Below are positions 41,429 through 54,720 of a stretch of DNA of 64,000 nt, piece after piece. A program made the position numbers and the translations under genes. Under the pieces are notes generated by a model. That model searched no databases. It was given only the letters and a program-made list of their open reading frames with translations, and was not told where the DNA came from. The stretch comes from Saccostrea cucullata (Eukaryota), in assembly GCF_032062105.1 (NCBI RefSeq), contig NW_026939868.1, forward strand, positions 1-64,000, read 5' to 3'. Every line of letters starts with the position of its first letter. Within the stretch, counting starts at the first letter, position 1.

Positions 41429-41799
41429 TCACTCAATTCTGTGTCCTTTAGTGGATGCTTGTTTTTATTGAAAAGGCCTCTCTTTGTCTGCGGAAGTTTA
41501 CTTAAGCCTAAAACTGTTTACTAAAAATTTGTTGTAAAATATTGTGTATATAACAGGTCCAGCACAATACCCCGATAGAGGTATATAGCTTGATAAAGCA
41601 ATACAGCTTTAACAAGGTATTTAAAATACCTTGATCAAGGTATTTAATGTAATGAAAATTCAAAAAAAGGTCTGTTGGTTGTTTTCAGACAGTTCGGACA
41701 ATTCTTCTTTTGTTGGCACCTCTGACACAAAGTCTGCAGGCAGCTGAATCTCTGATTTATTTTCAATCTTTTCCATAGCCTTGTCAGAGAACAGTGCTA

Positions 41800-42480
41800 T
41801 CAAGGCTCAAATACGGGCATTGTCGATTTAACGGTGACAGGCTTTCCTAAGTGAAACGGATATTAGCAAATGTTTACAAGGCAAAAATGATGATAAAAAG
41901 TTTGGTTGCAGTTTCATCAGTACCGAGATGGAGATAGTAGTGTTCAGTATCTTTTGACTGGCTCTTTACCTCGTACGTGTTTTGGCCCATGTTTTCCAGA
42001 TCATCTGAACAATATTCTCCTGCTGATGCATATCGAACAAAGCAATGCTTCACAACACTGCGTGGCTTGTTTGGATAAGTTCAGGAACAAATTCCTTCAC
42101 AATAATCTCAATTAAGGAGATAAGAGTTCCAGATGAGGTCAGCCTTGCATAAAAGTATTTTAAAGAATTGTTCGCCATTGTTTGTTGTCACACCAACATG
42201 AAACTCCTTACTTGAAAAGCCCTGTTCCATCTCTGCCAAAATTAAAAAAAAAAAGAAAATTGAATATTCTGGCATTCCAAAGAAACGCTGAAACTGTAAC
42301 AGGTCATACATGTAGACTACAGTGATGTGTTGCACTGTTCTGAAAACATAAAGCCACCACTAACATAAGCATTATGAGAGCATCGTCAAAAAATTAAGAC
42401 CACTCGAGGGCTTTTCTGTGGGTTGAGAATGATGATGGACTACAATCTGAAAATTTAACAACAGAGTCCACCTTGGTGCT
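41800..42480 (-). pseudogene. MULE (CARF-like) transposase remnant with degenerate SWIM
   Basis: RWNRAF..VTTNNGE..LKYFY, KPRSVVKHC, YEVKSQS and LPCKHL across frameshifts. Confidence 0.65.
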
Positions 42481-42907
42481 TATTAGCTAATAATGATGTG
42501 AACTTGTGCATTTCTTATACCAAGTACTTTTACATTTCCTTGATGATACTTGACTACATGTTACAGTTGCATATACGGACTACAGGTTTAGTTGATTGAG
42601 TGCAATTTTAAGTTCCCCTCGCAAGACTTTTTCTCATGTATGAGAAATCATTAAATGCAGACATTTTCTCGGTCCTCCTGTTGTGACACGAGGGCTCGGA
42701 CTTAGCTGTAATAATATGTATGATGCAAGAGAAAATAAATGGTCAAACCAATGTACGACATGAAAATGTTAATAATTATATTCAATATTCTTTGATAACC
42801 GGTGTGAGTCTGTTTTTTTCCAATATGCAACAGCAAATACAAGGAGAATTATTATATTTTTGATTGAAAAACTGGGCTAAATTGTGTAGTCAACACTACA
42901 GTTACCG

Positions 42908-43092
42908 TTGCGGAAACCCATAGTACACTATATGTATTTCAATTGTAACGCATACTGAAACCTTGCGTATACCACAAGTTTCAACAAGTTTTTGTTGCGG
43001 AAACCTATGGTACACCAATGTATTTCAACCGTATACGCATACTGAAACCTTGCGTTTACCTCAGGTTTCAGCAAGTTTTTATTGCGGGAACC
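42908..43092 (+). repeat. About 86-bp tandem repeat, ~2 copies
   Basis: ttgcggaaacc.at.gtacac..atgtatttcaa..gt.acgcatactgaaaccttgcgt.tacc.ca.gtttca.caagttttt repeated. Confidence 0.8.
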
Positions 43093-43679
43093 TGACCGCT
43101 GGGTGACCTGGACGAGACATCACAGTGAGAACAAGGGTGTAAGGTCATGGATAAAACTAAACTGTGCGAGAGAGTACAAATATACTTATTTAGTGTCCCT
43201 CTGAAGTATAAATGATCCCTTTATCATGGGTCCATATTGACCGTCTATGTAGTCAGTATATAACTGTTCGAGCGAGAATGGGGTTATGGGATGAAAATCT
43301 ATAATTTAAGACACCGAATACAATAAAATACTGAAGTAGTTTTAATAGGGTACCCTATCGGATTCATCGATCCGTGTGTATTAGCTACAGAATAGATTAA
43401 CCATCGCATAGAGTACATTTAAATAGACATCTCTGTGACCGTCACGAGAAAGAGGGGGAGAGAGAGAGGGAACAATGGAGTAAGGTCATGCATGATCTCC
43501 TTGTGACCAAGGCTGGACGTCACACCGTGTATACCGTGAGTGTGTTATGTGTTACCTGATAACATTATCCGAGAGAGCAGGTCATTAAAATCTACTACGG
43601 AAAAAGACACTTGTTTGTATACAATGAGTACGATAATGTGTTGTAAAGGTTTGCTGCATATACAGCTCTTTGGATTTAC

Positions 43680-43846
43680 ATTTGCATAATGATATGCGCA
43701 TATTAATGAGATGTGATGACGTCATAAGAATATTTGCATAATGAGATGACGTCATTCTTCTCTAATGCATATGAATGAGAGGTGACGTCATGATGAAGGG
43801 GAATCCCCCTTGGAAAATCCGGTGGAAAAACCCATTCTGAAAATCC
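43680..43846. promoter_or_regulatory. Cluster of octamer, CRE and NF-kB sites (enhancer-like)
   Basis: ATTTGCAT at 43680 and 43732; TGACGTCA at 43717, 43747 and 43783; GGGGAATCCCC at 43798; GGAAAATCC at 43812; GGAAAAACCC at 43824. Confidence 0.6.
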
Positions 43847-45732
43847 ACATATTCTGTATTCAAATAAAAAAAATTGTTGATAAGTTGTTTCAAGAGGATT
43901 GAGGTTTTTAGATGAGAGAACATATCATACTTTTGGAAAAAGAAACACAATTAAAGTGCTAAGAAATTAAGATTTTTTTTATTTGATTTAAACAATATTC
44001 AGAACACTGAATAGATTGGACAACAGGCAATCAATAAAACATCACGGGTCGACACACACCCTCTCTCACACACCCTTTCACTCACCCTCCCTCACACACG
44101 CACACACACACACACACACAAGTACGACTGACTCGCACCGATCCAGATAAAAAACTGGCATAACAAATGATTGTATAAATAACATCTGACAAAAAAGAAA
44201 ATGTTTCAATGTTTCTTTTTTATTTACGAGAGGTACGTACCTAAAAAAAATCCAGCATAAATATTTATGTTGCAGAAAAATCCCTAGTGAAAACAACTTC
44301 ACTGTAAACATATATTTACACTGCTTAAAGATATGTGAAATCACACCCGCACAAAGTCCTCAGTAAGATAATTGCGGGAAAAAAATTCATCAGCTATATC
44401 CACGAAATGAGAAAACTAATAATAACACAACGAAGAGATATTTCTAATCACAGGCACATACAATGTCCCAGCGGTGTAATTGCTCCCTGGATATATGTTT
44501 CACACAAAAAACACATGAAGTACTCGATTAATTAGTAATACAGAATCGGGAGAAAAAGTGTTAAAAATGATTATTTTTGCTATACATGTATCCTCACTCG
44601 TCGGAGTAGAGGGAATGCAAGGTAAACTGCACTCTCTCGAGCTCCTCGTTCACTTTGGCGAGTCTTTTTTTTTCAGTTTTTTAATGTCTTTTTTTATTTG
44701 GATTTTTTTTTCAATGAGGTCCTCCTCATAATTTAGTAATGTTTGTCTGAAAAAAAGATAAATATGCTGATAAAATTTCAACTCTTAATATCGTATGTGA
44801 AAGAATATATCATCTTTTGAAACGTCAAAATGCACACCTGTGGTCGGGCATTGAGACGCCCAACTTCTCATCATCCGAGCTGTCGTCGGAAATGACTATT
44901 ACATCCCCGGCGTCATTTGAGGCCTCGGAGACTGACTGCAGCTCGATGTTATCCAACCATCCGATGGACTGTGCATCCTCCCTAGGAATTGTAAAAAAAA
45001 ATAAACAGGACATACAGACATCCAGTTATTTTCAATAAAAGAAATCATTCTTTTTTATATTTGTATCTACTTTACACGTGCTCTGATTCCGGCAAAGAAA
45101 TAGCCACAGGTGGCTCCACACACGGAAACAGTTCTCTCCTCACCGATGGTTTATTTGGGACAGTATCTTGCAATTCCCCGAAGAGAGACCCATCTATGTC
45201 CCTTATCAGGTTATCCATCTGACTTTCCGTCAGAAGGGGGAAGTCCAATACCGGTTCGTGAACTTCTGCGGTAACAACTTGTCTAAATATTTTGAAAATA
45301 AATGAAAATAAAAACCTTGTTTTAACTTGATTACGGGTATTAAAATTAACGAGATTAATTTGAAAATATATATAATGGGGATCTTTATAAACCCCCCTTT
45401 ATTTGTTTTTAATTATAAACTGACTCACTTGCTCATTTGATCCATTCTGGAATTCCACAAAAATAAATGGTAATAAAATGTAGCTAAATAAGTAGTTATA
45501 AAAGATTCCAAGAGAAGAAGGAGGTAGAGGGGAGGAAACGTGTCTTTTTAAAGTGTTTGTTAGCATTTCAGTTTTCCCTCCAATTTCAAACTCGTCCAAT
45601 AAAAAAAATAAGGTCTCTACAATACTTGTTACATATATATGACACCGAGGTTGTTTAGCCCAATGTTATACATATTAGCAGCATGGGGTATACTTAACAC
45701 TCAATACACTCAAGAAAATGAGGATAAGATCA

Positions 45733-46196
45733 TGACCTTGACCTAATTCCATAAGGTGTAGGTCATGACCTTGACCTCTACACACTTCAGAGAACTATGT
45801 CAAGGTCATGACCTTGCCCTTCTTATAAAAAAAACTGTCTAGGCTATGACCTTGACCTAATCCTAGGAAATCTAGGTTATAAACATGACATCCGTACACA
45901 AGGTCATGTCATTGACCTGAAGTTGACGTTAGGTCATTTTAAGGCATGAGTCTCGATTCTTCTCTAGGTCATGTTATACTACCTTGACCTAAACTAAAGG
46001 ATATAGACCAGCCCTTGAACTAGGTCATGTACAGGTCATGCTTCTCAAATCTGGCTGAGGTCATGTTAACAAAAAAGTAGGTGAAGACCTATCAAGGAAG
46101 AAGGTCAAGGAACTTGTATATAAGTTCGACTCAAACAGTTGTGACATCAAAATAGAGAATACGGAAAACATTATTTCGTACAACTAACAGGTTTGT
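45733..46196 (+). promoter_or_regulatory. AGGTCA/TGACCT half-site cluster upstream of a TATA box and short first exon
   Basis: About 18 perfect half-sites in 45733-46107; TATATAA at 46117; donor cag|gtttgt at 46190/46191. Confidence 0.45.
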
Positions 46197-46544
46197 AATT
46201 TTCCCTCTTATTAGTTTTTTAAAACATTTTGTAATTTGAAAATGTTTCCTTCTTAATTTCTCTCTCTCTCTCTTTTGTAATTGAAAATTGATTCAATTCT
46301 GAAGTTAGGTAGATCCAAGTAAAATGTACAAATTCAAATTTTAAAACTTCTGGTGAAATTTCTACGAAGTACAGTGCGTGTTAGTTTCTACTCGTTGTTT
46401 AATCTTTGAAAAAAGTTGAATAAAAAAACTCCTTTCCAAAGGTATTCAATATCTCGGCTTAAACTTTCTTAAGTTATAAACAAAAAATATGTTTTCTAAT
46501 TTTAAAATTTTCATTCAAAAATCCTTTTTTCTTTTCTTTCTTTT

Positions 46545-46577
<33 letters not shown>

Positions 46578-49500
46578 GCAAAGAACAAATTTCAAGAATA
46601 TAAAGAAAATGTAAACGTTCTTTTATTTGCAATAGTCTACCCTAATATTGAAATCATTTTTATTTTTATAATTTCACTTCAAATCCCACTTTTGTATAAA
46701 TTTTGAATAAAAAAAACTAAAAACCATGTGGTGAAAACATTCATTTTAATCCTTTAAAGATGAGCCAAGTTGTTATTTTCACTTTTTTTTTCCTTAATTT
46801 TGTTTGTATCATCTGTCCTTAAATGAAAACTTTATTCATTTATTTGATTTTTCAAAAGTAAAAATGAACAGTATTTCACTTTTGTAAATATAGAATTATT
46901 TCAAAATAATAGAACATGAAATATTTTTAAAATTTGAATTGCTAAGGATACATGCCCATATAGCAATTTAAAAATATTAATCTTGAACTCAACATACATA
47001 GTCGCCGATCGATTTTCTAACAATAAAAATTATGTTTTTATATTTGCACATGCAGTGGGAAAAACAAACTAAACGATGTTTGATGTAAAGATAATATTTA
47101 TATGCTTGTTTATACATATAGTTTATACATAAGCTAATAGAAAATGAATACAGTATATGTGATTAAATTCATTAAGCATCAAGTACAAAACATTCATTAA
47201 ATACAGAGGTCTATGATAAAATGTTATCTTTTTTATAAAGAAAACTTTGATTTTCGTGAACAATATACATGCAAACTGTATCTTTTTAAATGAGTCTTCC
47301 TCTACACAACGAGTCTTCCGTTTCAAAAGTGTTATAAATCACTGTTTTAACTCATCTAAAACGGATTTTCGTCTATGTTATAGCACTCTAACTGGAGCTT
47401 AGGTAACTTGAATTAACACATTTATGACGGTTATAAGTAGTTCTAGTGATAGTCTCCTTTTTCTTATGCTGTACGTCCTTCTCAAAGCAAGAAAATTACA
47501 CGGACAAAAATTGCACTCTGCCCCTTCTAAAATAGTCCTCCATAAAGTTAATATCTCCATCTGCTGTACATTGCGTTCATCGCATCCTTCAGCGATCTCA
47601 AAGTTCGCAGCTCCTCTTGTAGGGGGTAGGTTGGATGTGATGATCTCTACATCATTTTTCTTTTTAGCTTGTGACGTCTTCTAGAATACATTAAAAGTGT
47701 CTTTTTTAATATTGATGTATGATGAAAGTGAATTTAACATTTAATGACAATAAATAATGATGTATGGTGAAAGTGAATTTAACAATTAATGAAAATAATT
47801 TAATCTAAAAAATATTTGTTACAAAATACATTAAAATAGAAATTGGTTCAATTTATCAGAAAAAATACGACTTAAATGCTGACCTTAATTCTGTTAAAAC
47901 TGAGTCCTCCACACCCGTGAATGTCCCCTGGCTTCCTTGTGTCGGGGACATAACTGACCAAATATCTCACAGTCATGTAAATTTTTTTGGCCATCGTTCT
48001 TTGCGGATTCTATATTCTAAATTGGAGAAATTAGCAAAGAAACAATAGAGCAGTTGTCATCTGACGAATATGAGATTAAGGAACACAATAAATGAAGCCA
48101 TTTGAAATATGCCGTAGTGTGCAGCTTAACATTATTAAATGCAAGAAGAGAAGGGGAACAGAGTTGTATAACATAATTCACATGGGCTTTACAAAAAATT
48201 ACAACTGCAAGAATGTAGAAAAAATTTAAGCAGCATTTTGGAATCAAATAGATGTGACCTTGCATCCCACAGTAATTTACATCTGTCTAACCGTGTTTTC
48301 TTCATTGGAACATCAGAGATGTGCATTTATTATTGATGACCAAAATCAAAAGTCGACGTCTGCCGTTACTTTATTGAAGTAATCATTTAGGACTGTAAAA
48401 GCCTTAACATTAATTCTTTCCATTACTGGATTGAAGTAGGGGGTACTTCATGATTATCTACGTTTGTGTTGGTATTACACTAGGAGGGCATCTCGAGGTA
48501 GGGCATGGGGTTGTCAGCAGCTTGAGGTCTTGTGGAGGATGTTCAAAAAATTCCAGGAGTCTGCTTAGCTTATTGTTGGTCTCCACATGGGTCTGTTGAA
48601 TAAGGTAAAACTTTCCAAACAACCAACAACAACTGAGATTTAAACTGAACATGTTTTATATATATATATAAATATAGTTTTGTTTAAACTTGCCAATTGC
48701 TGAATGTATATCCTTCCTGGTGAGATCCCAAATTAAACACATTATCAGTTCATAAAAGTCGGCTAATTATAGTCTATTACTTTTGATTTTTTTCGTTAGT
48801 TTTCTTGAATAACTAATCCTTTCTGTAATTGCGTCTTCAAAGGATTCGTCCTCGAGCTCAATCTTGTCTTGTCCTATCGTCAGACACCTGGTGTTCACAT
48901 CATTAAACAAAATTAAAATGATACAAATGGCTACTTTCAGGCCGATAGAGCCGACGTTGCCTTGCTCTAGTGTCATATTGACCTAAAATTCGTTCGAAAC
49001 TTTTTAAACTTCCACAGGCCTTTTTATTTAAAAGTCTCCTCTATAATTCAAAGAATCCCTGAGATTCTGTGTTTGTGTAACATCCATGTTTTGTAGCAAA
49101 TCTAGGTATCTTCATTTTACTCCCGCCTGTGTCTAATTTGATGATGTTGTATGACTCGTTATTATTCGTCCACAATTTTCGAAGATTGAATGCTGTTTTC
49201 TTCCTCGGTTCATAGACGCCTTTTTTAAAAAATTGTACAGGAAGTTTTGTAAATATGGTAAGCCATTCATCTTTAGAATTTCCTTTTCTTTATCGTTGTG
49301 TGATGCTTTACATTCCACTTGAGAGCTCATGCATTGATCATTGTTCTATAAATTATACAGGATGTATTCATATATGTACATGTATACAGTTATGGACGGT
49401 ATGTGCGCGGACAGGAAAAGTGCCACCACAAGCTATTACATGGGTATGGTATAAATTTTTCTGAAAATCATATACGCATGTCTCTTTTTTTTTCAATATA

Positions 49501-50612
49501 AAAGGTTATAAACTTTATTATATTCTATTTAGTTATAAGAATGTTAGCAAAACTGATATAAGGGCTTTTTGGATTCAGCATCCAAAGCGAGCACCACCAA
49601 AGAATACAACTACGATGCAGGAGCTATTTCCACCACCACCACAATAGCCAATTACATGAATTCTTCAAATGTTGTAAAAACAAAAATAGATAAATGAACT
49701 GCAAGCATCAGTCTTCACAAACATTGTTTCAAATGAATGCCATTGGGTATTAAGACAAGTGTAAGATCTCTCACCGTGACACTTTGCTTATTGATAAATT
49801 TATCAGTTTTTTAAAACTCTTTGCACAAGTATATCAGTATTAGAGATGGTAAGAAGAAACTAAACTCATCAGAGATCATTTGCAGAGATACATTTTCAGT
49901 GACAGAAAAACTGGGAACTATCCAAGTATGTTTTGTTAGTTTTTAATGAAAATTGATAAAACTGACAAATACTTTTTATATTTTTTTTTATTCAATAACA
50001 AAAGTTATGCAAATTAAACAATTCTTCAAATGCATATTTTTTAGGCATTCAATTTATTTCAAAAGGGGACCGTGATTAATTTATTCTTCTTTTTCAAGAA
50101 AAAGTCGTAAGGTAAATAAGAAATTGAGGAGTTTTGATAGACTCACAGGATCATCTCACTGAAAGACTTGGACAAAAAACACAGAGCGTAAAAATTAATA
50201 CAAAAATATTTAATAAGAGAAAAAGTCACTAGAGAAAGGACCAAGACTTAAAATTGGGAAAACAGTCATGGACATAAAGGGAACACATTATTTTGAATTT
50301 AATTTGTTAAAATTATTAAATGTCTTTATTTTGGTGTATCTTTCCCTGATCATGTTTTTTCCCCAGTAACTTTGAGATTTTTAATACCGTAAAATTAATA
50401 GTGCATATTGCCTATAAACAGGATGTTTTTTTCCACGTGGGGGGGGGGGTTAAAAAGTTTCCGTTTCCCCAAACTTAAGGAGTTATATTTTTTTCCCAAA
50501 CAAGTAATGTTGTATGGAAATCCATATAAATATCTATTAAAAATCATTCAATACTATTGTTCACAGTTCTCTGACAGATAGAATGCTTATCTACAGGTAT
50601 GTACTTCTTTGT

Positions 50613-52027
50613 ACCTCAATGTCAGCATTAGTTAACAAGCACAGAACCTCAATGTCAGACAGCATTAGTTAACAATCACAGAACCTCAATGTCAGCATTA
50701 GTTAACAAGCACAGAACCTCAATGTCAGACAGCATTAGTTAACAATCACAGAACGAACCTCAATGTCAGCATTAGTTAACAATCACAGAACCTCAATGTC
50801 AGCATTAGTTAACAATCACAGAACCTCAATGTCAGCATTAGTTAACAATCACAGAACGAACCTCAATGTCAGACAGCATTAGTTAACAATCACAGAACGA
50901 ACCTCAATGTCAGCATTAGTTAACAATCACAGAACCTGAATGTCAGCATTAGTTAACAATCACAGAACCTCAATGTCAGCATTAGTTAACAATCACAGAA
51001 CGAACCTCAATGTCAGCATTAGTTAACAAGCACAGAACCTCAATGTCAGCATTAGTTAACAATCACAGAACCTCAAAGTCAGCATTAGGTAACAATCACA
51101 GAACCTCGATGTCAGCATTAGTTAACAATCACAGAACCTCAATGTCAGCATTAGTTAACAAGCACAGAACCTCAATGTCAGCATTAGTTAACAAGCACAG
51201 AACCTCAATGTCAGCATTAGTTAACAATCACAGAACCTCAATGTCAGCATTAGTTAACAATCACAGAACCTCAATGTCAGCATTGGTTAACAATCACAGA
51301 ACCTCAATGTCAGCATTAGTTAACAAGCACAGAACCTCAATGTCAGCATTAGTTAACAATCACAGAACCTCAATGTCAGCATTAGTTAACAATCACAGAA
51401 CCTCAATGTCAGCATTAGTTAACAATCACAGAACCTCAATGTCAGCATTAGTTAACAAGCACAGAACCTCAATGTCAGCATTAGTTAACAAGCACAGAAC
51501 CTCAATGTCAGCATTAGTTAACAAGCACAGAACCTCAATGTCAGCATTAGTTAACAAGCACAGAACCTCAATGTCAGCATTGGTTAACAGTCACAGAACC
51601 TCAATGTCAGCATTAGTTAACAAGCACAGAACCTCAATGTCAGCATTAGTTAACAAGCACAGAACCTCAATGTCAGCATTAGTTAACAAGCACAGAACCT
51701 CAATGTCAGCATTAGTTAACAAGCACAGAACCTCAATGTCAGCATTAGTTAACAAGCACAGAACCTCAATGTCAGCATTAGTCAACAAGCACAGAACCTC
51801 AATGTCAGCATTAGTTAAGAAGCACAGAACCTCAATGTCAGCATTAGTTAACAAGCATAGAACCTCAATGTCAGCATTAGTTAACAAGCACAGAACCTCA
51901 ATGTCAGCATTAGTTAACAATCACAGAACCTCAAAGTCAGCATTAGTTAACAATCACAGAACCTCAATGTCAGCATTAGTTAACAATCACAGAACCTCAA
52001 TGTCAGCATAAGGTAACAAGCACAGAA
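50613..52027 (+). repeat. 33-bp minisatellite, ~42 copies
   Basis: Unit acctcaatgtcagcattagttaacaa(g/t)cacaga; 4-bp insertion variants in the left part; produces the MSALVNKHRTS ORF. Confidence 0.97.
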
Positions 52028-52604
52028 ATGGCTTGCCGATCAACTATTCGTTAGTTTGACCAATGTACACATAAGGTTAATGTAGGTAAACACAGTTAAT
52101 ACAGTGAATGGCCATAGAAAATCAAATAGCGGGATTGTTGATAATCTTCTCCACGGTAGATCACTCTGGCGACGTCTTGTCCCAACATGGCCCAAGTTTG
52201 TAACAGGTTTTATTATCAAAAAAAAGAATAACAGCCTGTTGAAGGTTGACAAGACTTAATTACCAGTCGACGAACAAGGAAAATATATAATAACCGAACA
52301 ATATAAGAAGTGTGAATATTTTAAGGATGGTTTTAATTTCACTTTGTTTGCAATATATCATTTTCCCGCGAAATTGAACCTATCGTGAATGTAATCTTCT
52401 CAATTTAAAGATATTTAAATGCTTTAAAAAACTTGTATAAACTTCTTGCGGCGTGAAACTTATATATTTTTCTTGCAGCGTAAAATTAAAACATTTGCGA
52501 TTGGAACATTTTGAGAAATCATGACATTTATATACTGGAATTAAAACGACTTGCAGATTTCCCCCGAAATCAAATAACAATCTATTCAGTGTATTTGTAC
52601 CCGA

Positions 52605-52750
52605 AGCATTTGTCTTGCTAAGCCTGCAGCATTTGTACTGCTAAGCCTGCAGCATTTGTACTGCTGTTTGCCCCTGCAGCTATAATAATGCTAACTGTGT
52701 CTGTAGCATTTGTGTTGGTATCTGTCTCTACAGCATTTCGGTTGCTAAAA
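52605..52750 (+). repeat. Degenerate ~23-bp tandem repeat
   Basis: gcagcatttgtactgctaagcct units. Confidence 0.65.
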
Positions 52751-54134
52751 CTTGTGGTCGGTAAAAAATATTAAAAACACGCACAGTTTGTTAAAACTGA
52801 TGTATAAATGTATTTTCCTGTTTTCTGTGAGAGAACTTGAAGGTCTGCTGATTAAAGTTCTGCTTCCTTCTAATTGTGTATAGGATATATTTAACGTCAG
52901 GGGAAATTGAAGAGTAAAGAGAAATTTATTAAAGAGAAAGGATAAGCGGAAAGTGACTATTGGTTTGTTAAAGGATTTAATTTACAAAGTAAAATAACTC
53001 AGTCTTCATAATTTTTTTATTGATGCTGATTGATCGACTTATATTTTTTTTTACGTCGAGTGAGCAATAATGCAGTCATATTTCGGCTGAGAAATACTGT
53101 CATGGACTGTTTTTTTTTCTTTGGTGGCTCCTATTATATTAAAATGTTTCTCTTAATGGACGTCAATTAAACAAAGAAACCAGAGCCTAGAACAATTAAT
53201 TCACACTTTTCGGCCTCGGGAAAGACATTTAAGTACTTCAGCCAGGACATTTAAAAAAGACCTTAGTCTTAAAGTTAGGGAGGGGAAGTGCATTAAAATA
53301 AAAGCTGCTGTAACAGCAGAGTCTGGAGTTGAAATTAAAAAGAAATCATTGTTCGTAGTCTCGTTTTCAAACCAGTTCACTCTGTATAACTTTTTTTTTC
53401 ATTTACCACTTGTAAATTAAATAAACCAAAATCATATACATGTATGCGATATTTTACTGTTGTGTATGCAAAGTTATAAAAAATATATTCAAATAAAAAA
53501 TAAATCATAAATAAATAACAGAAATAAAACACAATTTTCGATATCTCACACATCTTCATTCTATTCATGTTTAATATTTCTTAAAAGATGGTTTTTATAA
53601 CATTTAAAAATATTAACAATAAATGTGAAACTGAGAGATTTAATTGCAAAGGATTTTTTTGTCATATTAGATTTAAAATGAGTAAATGTATATTAACGCT
53701 TACTTTATAGCCATCCTCTTTGTTTCCATTGAAATATTTTATTTCAAGTATATCATCAAATACCTTTTTTTAGATAATGGATACAAGCTTTTCGCTTTCA
53801 AATCCCCCAACTTTTTCACATAAACAATACTTTACGTTTATATATTATAAACAACATTTTATATGAAAATATTCTTGTTCATGGCGTCGCTCATGTCAAA
53901 CTCACGGCTTGTTACCCTAAATTTTGCACTAAAAACGTCATTTGTGAAAAACATGCGGTTTTCAAGATCTTGGATCTCCTTTAAATTATCAAGCTACAAC
54001 AATTAAAAAACATCGTTTGAAAGAAAAATCTTGAAGATTTAATTTTAATAGAAAAAAAGTAATTGTGATACACCTTTTTAACGTCGAAATTTGGGGGCTG
54101 CAAATGAAAGAAACCCTATATAGTTCTTTGGTAA

Positions 54135-54272
54135 TATAATCAACGTGCTAGCAAAAGCGTTACATCATACCCGATATAAATCGAATAGTTTATTTACTTG
54201 GATATTATATTGGTGCAACATCACTTTTAGTTTTAAAAGTTTGTATTATTTCATTTCCGTTGTCTTATTACC
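54135..54272 (+). repeat. Direct repeat copy A (paralog of 62382-62516)
   Basis: tataatcaacgtgct.gcaaaagcgtt..atcataccc.atataaatcgaatagtttatttact.gga...attggtgcaacatcacttttagttttaaaagtttgtat. Confidence 0.9.
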
Positions 54273-54581
54273 TAATATGATGTTAATTGAAAAATTTTCG
54301 GACAGGTGAAGTTGAAGTTCGGACAAGTACATATCTTGTCATTTGTCAGAATAGACAAGTAGGGAAAAAAGTTAACGTCGAGCCCTGCACCTAAGGAGCC
54401 AAACCTGGGCTCCTCCAGTATCAAGGTTTTTTTTTTCAATCAATCGATTGAGCTGTACCAGGTGGACCTCTTCAACCAATCAACACCCAGGACCCTGGGG
54501 GAAAGGGGGGCATATATATACATGTAAAAACTTGTGTCTTGTATTGAAACAACACTGTATCAGACCGTTTATAGACATATA

Positions 54582-54720
54582 CAGTACAGTCAACGCGGTT
54601 TATGCATTTACCGCGCACCTCCGCGGTGTGAATCTCATCGCGGTTAGTACAGGTGTCTCAGGTAAAAACCGCGTGCCCCCGCGGTTCACCAATCCAGGTA
54701 AATCACACCGTCGCGGTACA
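54582..54720 (+). repeat. Left TIR plus subterminal CGCG motif array
   Basis: 7 CGCG cores at 54594, 54612, 54622, 54639, 54670, 54680 and 54712. Confidence 0.85.

Noticed and set aside
51010-52011. 333-aa ORF (MSALVNKHRTS)n as a real protein
   Set aside because: By-product of a 33-bp unit lacking stops in one frame; frame-breaking 4-bp insertions in the same array and no unique coding flanks
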